Of a stretch of 64,000 nucleotides of DNA, positions 1 to 7,833 are shown piece after piece. How positions within the stretch are numbered: the first letter of the stretch is position 1; each line of letters starts with the position of its first letter. The DNA lies in NCBI GenBank assembly GCA_963677925.2, contig CAXXYH010000004.1:1568001-1632000 (forward strand), read 5' to 3'. Source of the DNA: Spirochaetia bacterium (GTDB taxonomy: Bacteria; Spirochaetota; Spirochaetia; UBA9216). The translations under genes were made by a program, and so were the position numbers. The notes under the pieces were generated by a model. The model was not told the DNA's origin. It did not search any database and worked only from the letters and a program-made list of their open reading frames with translations.

Positions 1-1
1 T

Positions 2-292
2 GGGGACGGGGATCTTGAGTCAGTCGATGATGTTGCCTGGTACAGGGATAACAGCGAAGGGTCCACGCATGAAGTTGGTTTAAAATCGCCCAACGCCCTT
101 GGTTTATTTGATATGAGCGGCAATGTTTATGAATGGACTTTTGACTTTTATTCTTCAGGTCCTTTACGGCTTTTACGCGGAAGCAGCTGGATTGATTACC
201 AGAATAATGTTTTGATTAGCAGTAATACAAATAATTATCCATATAGCTCTTTCAATATATTTGGTTTCCGCCCCTGCAGGACTGCGGAATAA
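2..292 (+). CDS. 3' end of FGE-sulfatase/SUMF1 (CLec-fold) domain protein, truncated by window edge
   Basis: Frame 2 reads VAWYRDNS..HEVGLKSPNALGLFDMSGNVYEW..RLLRGSSW..GFRPCRTAE*; PNxLGLxDMxGNVxEW and GFR motifs. Confidence 0.9.
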   Translation, partial: GDGDLESVDDVAWYRDNSEGSTHEVGLKSPNALGLFDMSGNVYEWTFDFYSSGPLRLLRGSSWIDYQNNVLISSNTNNYPYSSFNIFGFRPCRTAE

Positions 293-317
293 ACTGCGGG
301 CTTATTGTCTTTAATCC

Positions 318-1568
318 TTACTTTCCCGCAAAACTCATTTTGAAATCCAGGCTTGATGGAGACTGAAAAACTGCAAGGCCGAAGAAGGGTATTGACGCAA
401 GGATATGATCGAATATGTCGGCCTGGATATTTTCATAGTTCGCCCAGACCTGGTCACGGCTGAATACGTATATTTCCAGCGGGATCCCCTTGTCGCCGGG
501 CTGAAGCTGGCGAACAAGAAATGTCATATTATCGTGAATGTTCGGGTTGTCGCGCAGGTAAGCTGCAAGGTAGGCCCTGAATACTCCCAGGTTTGTCATT
601 CGCCTGCCGTTGAGTTCGCGGGCGGTGTTGATCCCCTTTCCTGCATTATGAGCATCTATCTCTTCTTTCTTTTTTGGTATGAAATCACTGATAAGATCAA
701 TTTGCCGGAAATCTTCCAGCATTTCATCTGTACAGAATTTAACGCTGTTCATATCTATATTGATATGCCTCTTTATCCTTCTGCCGCCGGATTCACTCAT
801 GCCCCTCCAGTTTGTAAACGAACCTGAAATCAGGTTATAGATGGGGACGCTTACTATGGTTTTATCGAAATTCTGTACGGTCACAGTCTGCAGTTTTATA
901 TCAATTACATCACCGTCCGCGCCCTGACCGGGGACTGTAATCCAGTCGCCGATTCTTACCATATCGTTTCCCGAGAGCTGAATGGCGGCGACGAGCCCGA
1001 GTATTGAATCCTTGAATACCAGCATAAGCACTGCTGATAGTGCTCCGATACCTGAAAGCAGGCCAAGAGCCGAGCGGTCGATCAGGATTGAGATGACAAG
1101 TACTATAACCATGATGGCAGCGATAACCCTTACGATCTGCAGATATCCCTTGATAGGCCGATTTTTGGAAATCTCGTAGCTTGTATATATACGGTTCACA
1201 CCGGTAAGAAAAGAATTGAATACATTTAGAACTACCAGGATTATGTAGGCGAGTACCAGTCTCTGAAACCAGGATTCTAGGCTGCCGGCTTCCTGGAAAA
1301 CAAGGGGAAAGCTGAAATATAGAAACAGTCCGGGGACTATCTTTACAGCCTTCTGGAAAAGCCCTGTTTCAAGCAGGATGTCATCCCACTTTGTTTTTGT
1401 GCGTTTAACCGTGCGGGAAAGAATTGATATTACAATTCTGCTGATAACAAAGTTAAGGATAAGGCTTGCCAGGAGCAGTCCGGCAAAAAGAATCAGTACG
1501 CTCAGAATACCTGCAACGGAATCGCCAAGGCCGAGATTTGAAAGTAATGATGAAAGACTGCTGTCCAT
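318..1568 (-). CDS. mscS: small-conductance mechanosensitive channel (YbdG/MscM-like)
   Basis: FKDSILGLVAAIQLSGNDMVRIGDWI, NWRGMSESGGRRIKR and FLVRQLQP motifs; ATG at 1568 preceded by GGAGG (alternative start 1625). Confidence 0.9.
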   Translation of the reverse strand: MDSSLSSLLSNLGLGDSVAGILSVLILFAGLLLASLILNFVISRIVISILSRTVKRTKTKWDDILLETGLFQKAVKIVPGLFLYFSFPLVFQEAGSLESWFQRLVLAYIILVVLNVFNSFLTGVNRIYTSYEISKNRPIKGYLQIVRVIAAIMVIVLVISILIDRSALGLLSGIGALSAVLMLVFKDSILGLVAAIQLSGNDMVRIGDWITVPGQGADGDVIDIKLQTVTVQNFDKTIVSVPIYNLISGSFTNWRGMSESGGRRIKRHINIDMNSVKFCTDEMLEDFRQIDLISDFIPKKKEEIDAHNAGKGINTARELNGRRMTNLGVFRAYLAAYLRDNPNIHDNMTFLVRQLQPGDKGIPLEIYVFSRDQVWANYENIQADIFDHILASIPFFGLAVFQSPSSLDFKMSFAGK

Positions 1569-1613
1569 AAAAAATGCCTCCGGATTTATACCAGTCAGTA
1601 TAGTTCCGGAGGC
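1569..1613 (-). promoter_or_regulatory. GC-rich hairpin plus U-tract overlapping the mscS Shine-Dalgarno
   Basis: GCCTCCGGA (1576-1584) / TCCGGAGGC (1605-1613) inverted repeat with inner TATAC/GTATA pairing, followed on - strand by ATTTTTT-ATG. Confidence 0.5.
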
Positions 1614-1715
1614 CTCTTTCATCAACAGTTACCGTATTTACTTTATTATTTGAGTTTTTATTAAAATGTGTCATTAATACTAAGAACCAATATAAAATCG
1701 ATAATTGGAGTAAAT

Positions 1716-3020
1716 ATGAAAAAGTATTTATCCATCACTACAGTGATCAGTTTCCTGCTGATCCTGACTTCCTGTCCCTCAGAACCCGGATTAACCAGTG
1801 AAAAATCTATTACAGCTTTCAGTTTTAAAGCTTCGGCTAATTCAGGGCTAGCAGGCGATGTTTCCGGTACGATAAGCGGTACAAATATCAGCTTAACTCT
1901 TCCTGATGGAACCATTGTCACTGGCCTTGTTGCAAGTTTTACGGCTATTGGAGAATCTGTAGCAGTAGGCGGTACTGCACAGGTGAGCGGGACAACTGCC
2001 AACGACTTCAGCAGCCCTGTTGTTTATACTGTTACGGCAGCAGACGGAAGTACACAGGATTATACTGTTTCGGTAACAATCGAGGCTGCAGTTTCTACTG
2101 TTGAAACTGAAACCCGTACCGCCAACCTTGTCAGCTTTGATATGAACCGTGTACCAGCGGGTTGTTCTTTTACAATGAGTGAACACCTGGTTTCTTCTGA
2201 GTATGCAGTTCCCCATACTGTTACGCTTACAAAAAGCTACTGGATGGGGAAGACAGAGGTTCCCCAGGGGCTCTGGGAAGATGTGTGGGGGACCGACTGG
2301 CCGGGAACAGACCCCGACGGTTCCGGATACGGGTCGGGGAATGATTATCCGGCTTACTACATAGACTGGTTTGATACTGCTGCTTTCTGCAACCTTCTAA
2401 CTATAGCCGATGACAGTATTACAGTTTCTGAATTGGTATACTTTTCTGATATCGACCTGCTATCTCCATATTCTAAAGATGATGCCGCAGATCACGATCC
2501 GGTTTATGTTGACTGGAATGCCAAAGGCTACCGTATGCCTACCGAGGCGGAATGGGAATGTGCGGCAAGGTATGTAGACGGTACACAATGGAACTGCGGA
2601 GATCACATCTCCGGGGATACTGAATATGCATGTCTTCAGACAAATACAGGGGTACTCAGCGGTTCTCCTCTTGCAACAGAAGCCCGAATGAATGAGTATG
2701 CCTGGTCCACTTATAATAATACAGGTAGTGCCGGTGATCCTGGTTATGGGAACAAGAAGGTTGGTCAAAAGCTGCCCAATGCCCTCGGGCTTTATGATAT
2801 GAATGGCAATATCTGGGAATGGTGTCATGACTGGTATGCAAAGTCTTCTGTAACGGCTGAAACAGATCCAACCGGATCTGAAAGCGGTTCCTACCGTGTC
2901 AGCCGCGGCGGCAGTTGGAGTGTCAACAGAAATGATCTCCGCTCTGCCCAGCGTGGACTGGCCGGACCTGCTGCTGAAGGTAACGGGATGGGATTCCGTT
3001 TATGCAGGACTGCTGATTAG
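1716..3020 (+). CDS. lipoprotein: Ig-like (DUF5018-like) stalk plus FGE-sulfatase/CLec domain
   Basis: GGAG then ATG 1716; lipobox LILTSC; NDFSSPVVYTVTAADGS module; YRMPTEAEWE, PNALGLYDMNGNIWEWC, RGGSW, GFRLCR. Confidence 0.88.
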   Translation: MKKYLSITTVISFLLILTSCPSEPGLTSEKSITAFSFKASANSGLAGDVSGTISGTNISLTLPDGTIVTGLVASFTAIGESVAVGGTAQVSGTTANDFSSPVVYTVTAADGSTQDYTVSVTIEAAVSTVETETRTANLVSFDMNRVPAGCSFTMSEHLVSSEYAVPHTVTLTKSYWMGKTEVPQGLWEDVWGTDWPGTDPDGSGYGSGNDYPAYYIDWFDTAAFCNLLTIADDSITVSELVYFSDIDLLSPYSKDDAADHDPVYVDWNAKGYRMPTEAEWECAARYVDGTQWNCGDHISGDTEYACLQTNTGVLSGSPLATEARMNEYAWSTYNNTGSAGDPGYGNKKVGQKLPNALGLYDMNGNIWEWCHDWYAKSSVTAETDPTGSESGSYRVSRGGSWSVNRNDLRSAQRGLAGPAAEGNGMGFRLCRTAD

Positions 3021-3035
3021 TTTTCATAAAAACGG

Positions 3036-3068
3036 AAAAAAGCCTGCGGTCAAAATCGCAGGCTTTTT
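3036..3068. terminator. bidirectional intrinsic terminator
   Basis: AAAAAGCCTGCGGT-CAAA-ATCGCAGGCTTTTT between convergent ORFs. Confidence 0.8.
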
Positions 3069-3072
3069 AATT

Positions 3073-3289
3073 TTATTTTGATTCAGCATATTCCAGCCGG
3101 CCATTGAAGTAGAGAGTCGTCTTTCCTGACGAGGATGTATCTGCTCCGTAAAGCAGTACATTAATATCGCCATCGCCGTCTTTGCCTGCTGCAAGCAAAA
3201 TGATTGCAGACAGTATTAAAAAAAGCGGAGGCTGTGACTGCCATATTTTTAAATTTACCTTTATTGTTGTACTTTTTTTCATGGTTCAT
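3073..3289 (-). pseudogene. remnant of exported protein with FG-GAP/VCBS-like repeat fragment
   Basis: AGGAG-supported ATG at 3289 joins a hydrophobic signal (AFLILSAIILLAAG) and DGDGDINVLLYG..KTTLYFNG only if one T is removed from the T7 run (3218-3224). Confidence 0.45.
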
Positions 3290-3436
3290 AGTTTTTCTCC
3301 TGATACTTTTGCGTTTTTGTTGACTGTTTTCCTATTGAAAATGTATCATATAGGCAGGACGCAGCTTTCCTTTTCAGCCTTATATAACATGTTTCCTTAC
3401 GAATTCGTCCGGAAACGAGTTGTGGAGTTTTGATTT

Positions 3437-4126
3437 ATGAATGTTTATCCGCGCGGCGCTCTGCTTTTTCTTATCATTATTTCCGCAGCGGCTGTTCTGT
3501 GCGCAATTCTGATATTTTCAGGAAGTCAGCCTGCCGATTACAGTATCTCTGTTATTATCGTCTGGTCTGTTCTTGCTGTTTTAAGTGAATCCTTCTCGGT
3601 ATATATCTCCAGTGGAAATATCTATATCTCCACAATTGAGGCTGTTTTCTTCGGAGCCTACCTCTCCGGCGGACCGGTTTCTTCTTTGTTCTGCATACTG
3701 GCCACAGCTCTTTTTACAGTAAGAATACAGGAGAAGGGTCTGAGTTATATTTTTACAACTCCGCTGAGACTGACAATTTTCAATGTATCGCATTTTATAA
3801 TAATTCTGTTTTCGGTTGATTGGCTCTACGTCCATATAGCAGCAGCGGCAGCCGGTTCAAATATCCTTCCGGCTTTAATCACAGCTCCTGTGTTCTTTCT
3901 GTTTTCCTGTGTTTTCAACGCCCTGTTTTACAGACTTGAAGAAGGCCGCTCCTTTTTCAGATACCTTATCGATGTATTCAAACCCTATTATGCCGATGCA
4001 CTTCCGGCCAGCTTTGCAGCGGTAATTATTGCAATAACCTTTCCCGGGTACGGTATTTTATCTGTGCTGTTTTTTATAACTCCGATAATAGTGGCAAGGC
4101 TGGCATTCAGCGGCAGGAGCCATTGA
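3437..4126 (+). CDS. stand-alone integral-membrane sensor domain (MASE9-like)
   Basis: About 7 hydrophobic segments; LAVLSES, GP, IFTTP..IFN and P..ARLAF pattern resembles the membrane N-terminus of HD-GYP proteins; GGAG RBS. Confidence 0.6.
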   Translation: MNVYPRGALLFLIIISAAAVLCAILIFSGSQPADYSISVIIVWSVLAVLSESFSVYISSGNIYISTIEAVFFGAYLSGGPVSSLFCILATALFTVRIQEKGLSYIFTTPLRLTIFNVSHFIIILFSVDWLYVHIAAAAAGSNILPALITAPVFFLFSCVFNALFYRLEEGRSFFRYLIDVFKPYYADALPASFAAVIIAITFPGYGILSVLFFITPIIVARLAFSGRSH

Positions 4127-6009
4127 TGAGAAAGCCATCAGTTTTATCGGTACTTCTTGCATTGTATGCTTCAATACCGGTACTTATTGCAGGCCTTACT
4201 ATGGAAGGTCGAGGCGGCTTTTCTGTGGTTTACAGCCTCGTTATGTTTTTTATACAGTTTGTACTCATTGTTATTCTTTTCTGCATAAAATCCAGAAGCA
4301 GGGTTGTCGTTTTTTCAATACTGATATTTTTCTGGATTGCTGCTACCGGTGCAGCTTCAGGTATACTGTTTGATCGGGTTTATTATTCAATGTTTCTGTT
4401 CTACTATCCGGGACCGCTGCTGGCACTCAGCTACAGTCTGATTTTCCGGTTCTTCAGGAGGCAGATCTTTGATCAGCTGATCCGCGGATTGAATTTTATC
4501 ATAATTCTTCTTGCTTCATACTCGCTAATGCTTCTGTTTATGAGAATATATTTTCTATTCTCAAGTCATCAGATAGCTGAACCCTGGAGGCTTTTTTCCG
4601 GATTCTATGAGGCCGCCAACTATATTCCGGCTGTACTTTTTCTGATGAATCTAAAAAGCAGCGCTTCAAAAAAGCTGATATTTTTTGGGGGCAGGCTTTT
4701 TTTCAGGAATGATGATATTACTGCCTCATTCAACGGCACTCAGATCCAGATGCTGACTGCTGCTGAGCAGGGAGTGAAAATACGCTGCCGTGATTATTTC
4801 CGAAGCACAGGTGCAGACCTGAAAGGTCTGAACTGTGACGATGATAACGCCTGTAAGGCCTCGATGTGTCCGGGATATGCGGCGGTTTACCGATATGTCA
4901 CAGATCTCGGAAAGAAACTTGAGAACTATGGTATTGGAATGATTATCCCCCCCGAAAACAAACGTAACGTAGTGGAGGAAGGCTGGAGTCTTATTCTATA
5001 TCCTGATGTTGCTGTAGAGCATCGGAGAAAAAGATCCGTGTTTAGAGATATTACCGAAGGTAATTTTTCAGCCCTTCTTTCAGAAAAAGCCGTTCCGAAT
5101 ACTGTGAAGCCAAGGAAAAAACCTGGTCCTGTCTGGTTTATCCTTTCCCTGACCATTGCGGTAAGCGGTGCCCTGCTTTTCGCCTTCGAGACACCGGTAA
5201 ACAGCAGTATGAAATCCATAATTCTCTTCTGCGCAGTCCTCTCGCTTCTGGTTCTGCCGCTGCTTCTCCGTGAACGAAAAATAATATTCCGTACACAGAT
5301 TATTTCTGCAGTAATACTGTTCTTTCTTGCATACACTCTTAACCGGCATAATGAAATATTTGCTCTCTTTTCGGGCATCAGGAATTTTGTTATCTGTACA
5401 ATTATTTTTCTTATCCAGGTCCCCACCGTGGAATTCAGAAGCGGGAAACTGATAAGCAGGGACAGAACTTCAGGTATCATTTACTGGCTGATCTGGTTTT
5501 TTATGGTTATTCTTTCAATTTCCAGGGATATGCCTCAGTCTGCCGGGGTTCAGACCGCAGACGGATTTACACCTGATATCCTGGCTGTCATGGCCGACCG
5601 GATTCTTCTTATTGTGTTCTTTGTGATGTCGGTAATATTTTTTACTCTGCCCGGAAAGCTCCTTGAACATAGAAACGGTAGCGTTATTTTTATGGGCAGA
5701 CCTCTGATTACCGGACTCAGTGAGCCGAATATGGAATTACTTAATATGCTTCTTACCAAAGATGATGAGACTCTATACTGCTCTGAAATCCTCGAGCACC
5801 TGGAGCCTGAAACTGCAGAAGGATGTGCCCTGGGCTGCAAGGCCAGTTCCTGTCCCCATTACCAGAAGATTTATAAGCGGATACAGACAATAAGAAAATT
5901 TCTTGAGACATCCGGCATAGGGACGATAAAAAGTCCGGAAAGAAAGGCCTTCTCTAACCTTGAAGGCTGGCATCTTGCTTTGTATGAAGATGTGATGATT
6001 AGAAAATGA
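4126..6009 (+). CDS. internally duplicated multi-TM protein with two Cys4-containing OmpR-like winged-helix domains
   Basis: TGATG overlap with upstream gene, AGGAG RBS; two repeats of [TM bundle + C..C..CKASxCPxY...LExxGIGxIxxPE.K....EGWxL]. Confidence 0.7.
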   Translation: MRKPSVLSVLLALYASIPVLIAGLTMEGRGGFSVVYSLVMFFIQFVLIVILFCIKSRSRVVVFSILIFFWIAATGAASGILFDRVYYSMFLFYYPGPLLALSYSLIFRFFRRQIFDQLIRGLNFIIILLASYSLMLLFMRIYFLFSSHQIAEPWRLFSGFYEAANYIPAVLFLMNLKSSASKKLIFFGGRLFFRNDDITASFNGTQIQMLTAAEQGVKIRCRDYFRSTGADLKGLNCDDDNACKASMCPGYAAVYRYVTDLGKKLENYGIGMIIPPENKRNVVEEGWSLILYPDVAVEHRRKRSVFRDITEGNFSALLSEKAVPNTVKPRKKPGPVWFILSLTIAVSGALLFAFETPVNSSMKSIILFCAVLSLLVLPLLLRERKIIFRTQIISAVILFFLAYTLNRHNEIFALFSGIRNFVICTIIFLIQVPTVEFRSGKLISRDRTSGIIYWLIWFFMVILSISRDMPQSAGVQTADGFTPDILAVMADRILLIVFFVMSVIFFTLPGKLLEHRNGSVIFMGRPLITGLSEPNMELLNMLLTKDDETLYCSEILEHLEPETAEGCALGCKASSCPHYQKIYKRIQTIRKFLETSGIGTIKSPERKAFSNLEGWHLALYEDVMIRK

Positions 6010-6028
6010 TTTAGATCTTCAGATCTAC

Positions 6029-6433
6029 TCAGTCATCCTCATAAAGTTCATGAATATAGTCCCATGCTTCGGGTACATTCAACCTCAGCCTTGTGAGAAG
6101 CTCATAGTTATAATATAGAAGATCAATATGCTTTCTGCGGAAATCATTTGAATCATCAAAACTTTCACTGCTGAACTCCGGCAGTTTTTCATCCGGAAGG
6201 TCTGCAACCCTTTCTGCTTCGGCTGTAATTCCGGCCTTTGTGAAGAACAGAAAATCAGGTGTATCAATCATAAGCGTAGGGCTGAAGCTGAGCATTTCAA
6301 GTTCTTCGGCGGTCTGTTTTACAGACTCAGCGGCAGGGTCATCAGGAAGGTTATTAAATTTTTCCAGATAAGTTTTATCAATCATAATCAACTCCGAAAA
6401 TACTTTCCTCATATTACTTGATTTGTTTTTCAT
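6029..6433 (-). CDS. hypothetical acidic protein
   Basis: About 134-aa ORF filling the gap between convergent and divergent genes; start uncertain (6433 or 6412). Confidence 0.6.
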   Translation of the reverse strand: MKNKSSNMRKVFSELIMIDKTYLEKFNNLPDDPAAESVKQTAEELEMLSFSPTLMIDTPDFLFFTKAGITAEAERVADLPDEKLPEFSSESFDDSNDFRRKHIDLLYYNYELLTRLRLNVPEAWDYIHELYEDD

Positions 6434-6455
6434 CGCCAAGTATCCTGAATTTCAT

Positions 6456-7814
6456 ATGGATAAAAATGAACGAACTGAAATGCTTCGAAGCGGGAAGATA
6501 GGCACCGCACTACGGAATCTTGCTGTCCCCGCCGCGACAGCCATGCTTGTTAATGCCGTTTACAATGTAGTCGATACCGCCTTTATAGGGCTGTTAAATG
6601 ATACTCCTTCAATAGGCGCATCTGCAGTCGTTTTTCCGATATTTATGCTTATTGGGGCAATCGGGCTGACATTCGGCATGGGTGCCGGTTCAATGATCTC
6701 TAGAAAGCTCGGTGAGGAAAAGCCTGAAGAAGCAAGGTCTGCAGCCTCAACCGCTTTTTATACTACACTGGTTATAGGAATAGCCTTTGCCGTACTTGGC
6801 AATATTTTCATTGTACCCTTACTCCGGATTTTCGGAGCTACCGACTCTATTATGGACAGGGCTGTAATTTACGGCAGGATCATCATCGGCGGTTCGGTTT
6901 TTCAGATTATCAACATGTGTCTTAACAATATGCTTCGGGCTGAAGGTGCTGCAGGTTACAGCAGCCGCGGTTTAATATTGGGCGGCGGTCTTAACATGAT
7001 TCTTGACCCGGTTTTCATGTTTGTTTTTAAAATGGGACTCGCCGGTGCAGCCGCTGCAACCATTACTGCCCAGCTTATAAGCACGCTCTACCTTCTCCGT
7101 TATTTTGTTTTCTCAAAAGGCATACTAAAGCTGCGGCTGAAGGATTTTTCACCTACAGCAGTTATGTACAAACAGATTATGGCGATCGGAACCCCGACAT
7201 TAATCAGACAGCTTCTTACCAGCGGCGCAATGGGCGTTACAAATCTGGCCGCATCAATGTTCGGCGACTACGCGGTTGCCGGAGTGGGAATTACTCTGCG
7301 TGTAGTGTCACTTACGATGATGGTTTTCTTCGGTATCGGCCAGGGCCTTCAGCCGCTTGCCGGATTCAATTACGGAGCAAGACAGTATGACAGGGTAATT
7401 CAAACGGTTAAAAAGGCGGTCTCCTGGAACACCGTTTTCGGTCTTTTTATGTCAGCAGTTTTCCTGGTTTTTACCAGATTTATTGTAGGGATTTTTACCT
7501 CCGATCCGGAGGTGATGACAGCCGGAATAAACTTCATGCGGTTCGCCAGTATTACCCTTATCTTCGTCGGAGTTCAGAACTGCTTTGCGGCAATGTTTCA
7601 GGCTCATGGAAAGGGTCTTCAGGCAGGTGTACTTTCATCAGCAAGGCAGGGCCTGTTTCTCATTCCTGCAATGCTGATACTTCCCCGTTTTATCGGAATA
7701 AACGGTGTGGCAATAGCCCAGCCGCTTGCAGATATTCTCAGTTTTATCCTCACCCTGCCGATGGCGGTAAAGGAATTAAAACTGCTTAACAAAATGCATA
7801 AAGAAAAGCTATAA
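6456..7814 (+). CDS. MATE family efflux transporter (MepA-like)
   Basis: YNVVDTAFIG, LNMILDPVF, GLAGAAAAT and QPLAGFNYGA motifs; 12 TM. Confidence 0.92.
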   Translation: MDKNERTEMLRSGKIGTALRNLAVPAATAMLVNAVYNVVDTAFIGLLNDTPSIGASAVVFPIFMLIGAIGLTFGMGAGSMISRKLGEEKPEEARSAASTAFYTTLVIGIAFAVLGNIFIVPLLRIFGATDSIMDRAVIYGRIIIGGSVFQIINMCLNNMLRAEGAAGYSSRGLILGGGLNMILDPVFMFVFKMGLAGAAAATITAQLISTLYLLRYFVFSKGILKLRLKDFSPTAVMYKQIMAIGTPTLIRQLLTSGAMGVTNLAASMFGDYAVAGVGITLRVVSLTMMVFFGIGQGLQPLAGFNYGARQYDRVIQTVKKAVSWNTVFGLFMSAVFLVFTRFIVGIFTSDPEVMTAGINFMRFASITLIFVGVQNCFAAMFQAHGKGLQAGVLSSARQGLFLIPAMLILPRFIGINGVAIAQPLADILSFILTLPMAVKELKLLNKMHKEKL

Positions 7815-7833
7815 AATATATTTGGAGGAATAA

